Part shown: positions 21,182 to 24,339 of the stretch, one piece after another
Numbering within the stretch: position 1 is the first letter of the stretch
How the letters are laid out: each line of letters starts with the position of its first letter
NCBI GenBank assembly: GCA_041640575.1
Contig: JBEPZZ010000015.1
Coordinates: 10,122 to 34,460, forward strand
Reading direction: 5' to 3'
DNA length: 24,339 bases
From: Pseudothermotoga sp.
GTDB lineage: Bacteria > Thermotogota > Thermotogae > Thermotogales > DSM-5069
Position numbers and translations under genes: made by a program
The notes under the pieces: model-generated
Told to the model about the DNA's origin: nothing
Databases searched by the model: none
Seen by the model: only the letters and a program-made list of their open reading frames with translations

Positions 21182-21883
21182 TCATCTTTGAGGCTCATAT
21201 TTTTCAATTACCGAAAGAATATGCTGTTCTATCTTAAGAAAGTCAGCACTGGAAATTTTGTGAAAGACCGTGTCAACCTTTATTTCGTCAACGATTGTAG
21301 AGGGAGAACCAGCCAGCAGATATATTTTTTTCGCTAGGGTAACGGCCTCTCTGACATCATGAGTTACAATTATATAAGTGGTTTTCAGATCCTTGAAAAC
21401 AGCTGATAACTCGTCGATTAGCTTCACTTTTGTCAGTAAATCGAGACTCTGAAATGGTTCATCAAGCAACAGCAATTCTGGTTGATAAGCCAAAGCCCTT
21501 GCAAGGTTCACCCTTTGTTTCATCCCACCACTCAGCTGACTTGGTTTGTACGAAGCGAAATCGCCTAGTTTAACCAAACACAGAACATCGTCAATCACTT
21601 TCTTATTTTCACAAACAAAATTCAAGTTCTCATAAACTGTTTTCCAAGCAATAAGACGATCCTCTTGAAACACATAACCTATCTTAGTGTAATTCCTATT
21701 TATCTGACCATTTGTTGGGTTTTCCAAACCTGCTATTAATCTTAAAAGGGTTGTTTTGCCGCAACCGGATTTTCCCACTATCGCAATCGACTCACCGTTG
21801 TATACAGTTAAATTTATTCTTTCCAAGACTCTTAATTTTCCAAAATTCTTCGATACGTTATTCAGCTCAACGAGTTTTTCCAT
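21182..21883 (-). CDS. NitT/TauT (SsuB-like) ABC transporter ATP-binding protein
   Basis: Walker A GKSGCGKTT, YVFQEDRL, signature LSGGMKQR, LLLDEPF, VTHD. Start set at ATG 21883. Confidence 0.93.
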   Translation of the reverse strand: MEKLVELNNVSKNFGKLRVLERINLTVYNGESIAIVGKSGCGKTTLLRLIAGLENPTNGQINRNYTKIGYVFQEDRLIAWKTVYENLNFVCENKKVIDDVLCLVKLGDFASYKPSQLSGGMKQRVNLARALAYQPELLLLDEPFQSLDLLTKVKLIDELSAVFKDLKTTYIIVTHDVREAVTLAKKIYLLAGSPSTIVDEIKVDTVFHKISSADFLKIEQHILSVIEKYEPQR

Positions 21884-22622
21884 AAAATTGCTTCTCCCAA
21901 AGCCACGAAAATAAAAATTCAAGGCCGAGTCCTACCATAACCGCGCTCAGCGTAAGCGCAAAAACTCTCGGTGTGTTTATAAAGAACTTCGCTTCTTGAA
22001 TTCTTGTTCCCAGTCCTGTTCCTCCAAGTAGATACTCTGCAACAATTGCGGATTTCCACATCGTACCAATACTTACATTTATCGCAGAAATCAGGAAGGG
22101 CAAAAGTGATCCAATGTAAATAGTTCTAAAGACTTTTCTTTTTGCAACTTTGTATACCTTGGACATTTCAACAAGCTTAACGTCAACAGACCTTACTCCT
22201 TCAGCAACGTTGAACATGATTCCCGGCAGCAAAGTCACAAAAACTATAAAAAGAACACTTCTCCACCCTACACCCCAAAGAAACAAAACTGTAGAAAGCC
22301 AAGACACAATTGGAACAGACCTCAAAATCATAGCAAATGGTTTGAACAGCAGATTAAACCATTTGAAAACTCCCATGAGAAAGCCCAGAAATGTTCCAAC
22401 CAGTAAAGACAGCAACAATCCCAAAATTGCTTTTGCAAAGGTACCAAGTAATGAGACGAAAAGCTCCCCAGTTCTTGCAAGACTCCATATTTCTTTCAGC
22501 ACAACATATGGACCTGGAAAGATCAATGGGGAGCGTATCAAAAGATTTGAAACTAAAAACCAGATAAGTACAAACGTCAAAAACCCAAGTAGAAACCATT
22601 TAATAGGCGAAGAAATTGTCAT
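21867..22622 (-). CDS. NitT/TauT (SsuC-like) ABC transporter permease
   Basis: Multiple TM helices, FPGP, LRSVPIVSW, EAA-like region GVRSVDVKLVEMSKVY, IVAEYL..GTGLG. Confidence 0.92.
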   Translation of the reverse strand: MTISSPIKWFLLGFLTFVLIWFLVSNLLIRSPLIFPGPYVVLKEIWSLARTGELFVSLLGTFAKAILGLLLSLLVGTFLGFLMGVFKWFNLLFKPFAMILRSVPIVSWLSTVLFLWGVGWRSVLFIVFVTLLPGIMFNVAEGVRSVDVKLVEMSKVYKVAKRKVFRTIYIGSLLPFLISAINVSIGTMWKSAIVAEYLLGGTGLGTRIQEAKFFINTPRVFALTLSAVMVGLGLEFLFSWLWEKQFYGKTR

Positions 22623-23505
22623 CTGGTACCTCGCTAAGAACAGACGGTTCTATTTCCTTAACTATTTGTAGATACTTCAAAACTGCCTCTTTAGATTGCT
22701 TAGCAGATCTATATTCGTATTTTGTCCTTGTAAGGGACTCCAAAAGCGTATTTGTGTCAACACCTCCCAAATATTTTGCCGCAAGTTCGCATGCTTCTTG
22801 CTTATTTTGCATAGCATATCTTATAGAATCAGACATTGATTGCAAAAACTTGGTAACTTCCCTAGGATCAGCTTTTGAACTCACAAAAATCCCAGTTATT
22901 GGTACTTCGTTTTCCAAACCTGTCATCTCAGACCAAAGTTGCTGCAAATCAAAAGCTATTTGCGCACTTGCAGATCTGATAGCCATCGTTACAAATGGTT
23001 CAGGAAGGACTGCTACTGAAACCTTGCTAGCGCTCATTAGAGGAACTATTTCTGTTTGTGCGAGATACTTTATGGAAACATTCTGAAGATTGTATTTACT
23101 AACAATTAAGCGTATCAGTACATCACCAGTTTGGCCTTTTCCCTGTGGTGTGTAAATCTCTTTACCCGAAAGCTGTTGAACCGATGTTAAAGCCTCACCT
23201 TTGCTGACAAGGTAGAACCCGCTCCATAGGAAAATTCCACCGAGTTTTAGATCCAGACCTTTTGAATAAAGTGAAGCTCCTATTGAAACAGGAAGAACCA
23301 CTACATCAACTGTTCCAGCAACAAGCTGTGCGTTGACTTGATCAAGACTCCTCCAAAATTCAACTTTGGTTGGAACATCTATCTGTACTTTCCCTTCAAG
23401 TAGACCTACAAAAGCTATGGTTGTAGGACCGACTGGGATCAAGGCATTTATAGCTAACACCATTGCAGTTAATAATGTTGCAACGAAAGTGATGATCCTC
23501 CTCAT
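22600..23505 (-). CDS. NitT/TauT-family ABC substrate-binding protein
   Basis: Signal peptide MRRIITFVATLLTAMVLA, L.GKEI, AVLPEPFVT motif typical of SsuA/THI5-like binding proteins; AGGAGGTGA RBS; upstream of the permease and ATPase. Confidence 0.85.
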   Translation of the reverse strand: MRRIITFVATLLTAMVLAINALIPVGPTTIAFVGLLEGKVQIDVPTKVEFWRSLDQVNAQLVAGTVDVVVLPVSIGASLYSKGLDLKLGGIFLWSGFYLVSKGEALTSVQQLSGKEIYTPQGKGQTGDVLIRLIVSKYNLQNVSIKYLAQTEIVPLMSASKVSVAVLPEPFVTMAIRSASAQIAFDLQQLWSEMTGLENEVPITGIFVSSKADPREVTKFLQSMSDSIRYAMQNKQEACELAAKYLGGVDTNTLLESLTRTKYEYRSAKQSKEAVLKYLQIVKEIEPSVLSEVPDDNFFAY

Positions 23506-23539
23506 TACACATCACCTCCTATTTCCAAATTAATTGTAA

Positions 23540-23569
23540 GAGAGGGCGAACCACATGACTCGCCCTCTC
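23540..23569 (-). terminator. Hairpin (possibly leaky terminator) after the second hydrogenase gene
   Basis: GAGAGGGCGA-10 nt-TCGCCCTCTC, followed on the minus strand by TTACAATTAATTT (imperfect U-tract). Confidence 0.55.
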
Positions 23570-23587
23570 GATAATTCGTTTTCAAAT

Positions 23588-24339
23588 TTAGACAAGTTCA
23601 GTTACAGGTTCAACCTTACTTTTCTTCTTTGACCGATCAACATATGTTGTATGCAAAAGTTCGTGAGCGATATGACTCAGTGGGTGTTCAAGGAATTCAG
23701 CGTAAAGCTTCTTAATTGACGGATTTTCATGAGACTTTCTCAAAGTACTTAACTCATCTATCGCGTAAATTCCTTTCATTCTCTTGTACAAAACATTTTC
23801 GTCTAAGCTCTTGGGTTGGCCTCCTCCACCGATACAACCACCTGGGCAGGCCATTATTTCTATGAAATCATAATAGGCCTCGCCAGCTACTATCTTATCT
23901 AGTAACTTTCTAACGTTCAATCCACCGTGAGCAACGGCGACTTTGATCTTTTTGCCATCAAAATCGATGGTTGCTTCCTTTATTCCTTCAAAACCACGAA
24001 CATCTTCGAACTCAACTTTTCCAAGCGGCTTCCCAAGTCCAACCTCGTATGCCGTTCTTAAAGCAGCTTCCATAACGCCACCCGTGACTCCGAAAATGGC
24101 GGCTGCACCTGTTGATTCTCCAAGAGGATTATCATAATCTTCCTCTGGCAAGGTAGCGAATGGTATTTTCTTAATCTTGATTAGCTTTGCAAGTTCTCTT
24201 GTTGTTAAAACTATATCTACCGCGCGCATTCCATTTATCATATGCTGTGGTCTGGTGATATCGTCCTTCTTGGCTGTGCAAGGCATTATAGACACCACGA
24301 GTATATTCTTCGGATCGACATTTATTTTCTTGGCAAAAT
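23588..24339 (-). CDS. Second [FeFe] hydrogenase catalytic subunit (group A; C-terminal part, 5' end beyond the window)
   Basis: Frame is open to the right edge ([24 protein letters not shown]...), with [31 protein letters not shown] and small-subunit-like RKSHENPSIKKLY...HELLHTTY. Confidence 0.93.
   Translation of the reverse strand, partial: FAKKINVDPKNILVVSIMPCTAKKDDITRPQHMINGMRAVDIVLTTRELAKLIKIKKIPFATLPEEDYDNPLGESTGAAAIFGVTGGVMEAALRTAYEVGLGKPLGKVEFEDVRGFEGIKEATIDFDGKKIKVAVAHGGLNVRKLLDKIVAGEAYYDFIEIMACPGGCIGGGGQPKSLDENVLYKRMKGIYAIDELSTLRKSHENPSIKKLYAEFLEHPLSHIAHELLHTTYVDRSKKKSKVEPVTELV

Overview
AT-rich window from a Thermotogae chromosome, plausibly Pseudothermotoga-like; this is inferred from protein similarity to T. 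maritima families and GGAGGTGA-type ribosome-binding sites. The left part (minus strand) is housekeeping: rsmH-ftsL-class B PBP, tRNA-Gln(CTG), then tig-clpP-mutS and a DHH phosphoesterase truncated by the left edge. The region ~8.5-24.3 kb is a hydrogen-metabolism supercluster. It holds (i) a minus-strand H-cluster maturation operon (TM1266-family small protein, hydG, small unknown ORF, hydE, hydF), (ii) a divergent plus-strand operon (HfsA-like [2Fe-2S] protein, sensory hydrogenase HydS, PP2C/SpoIIE phosphatase, bifurcating HydC-HydB-HydA, Rex), and (iii) a convergent second [FeFe] hydrogenase (partial) followed by a NitT/TauT ABC transporter. The most striking unexplained element is the ~140-nt leader of the maturation operon. 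It forms a three-part attenuator (anti-antiterminator hairpin with tandem GA/AA loops, 15-bp antiterminator, intrinsic terminator) that I cannot assign to a known riboswitch. Also notable are a 32-bp palindromic double Rex operator at the hydrogenase promoter and a probable ATC start codon for the DHH gene. No mobile elements or CRISPR arrays were seen.
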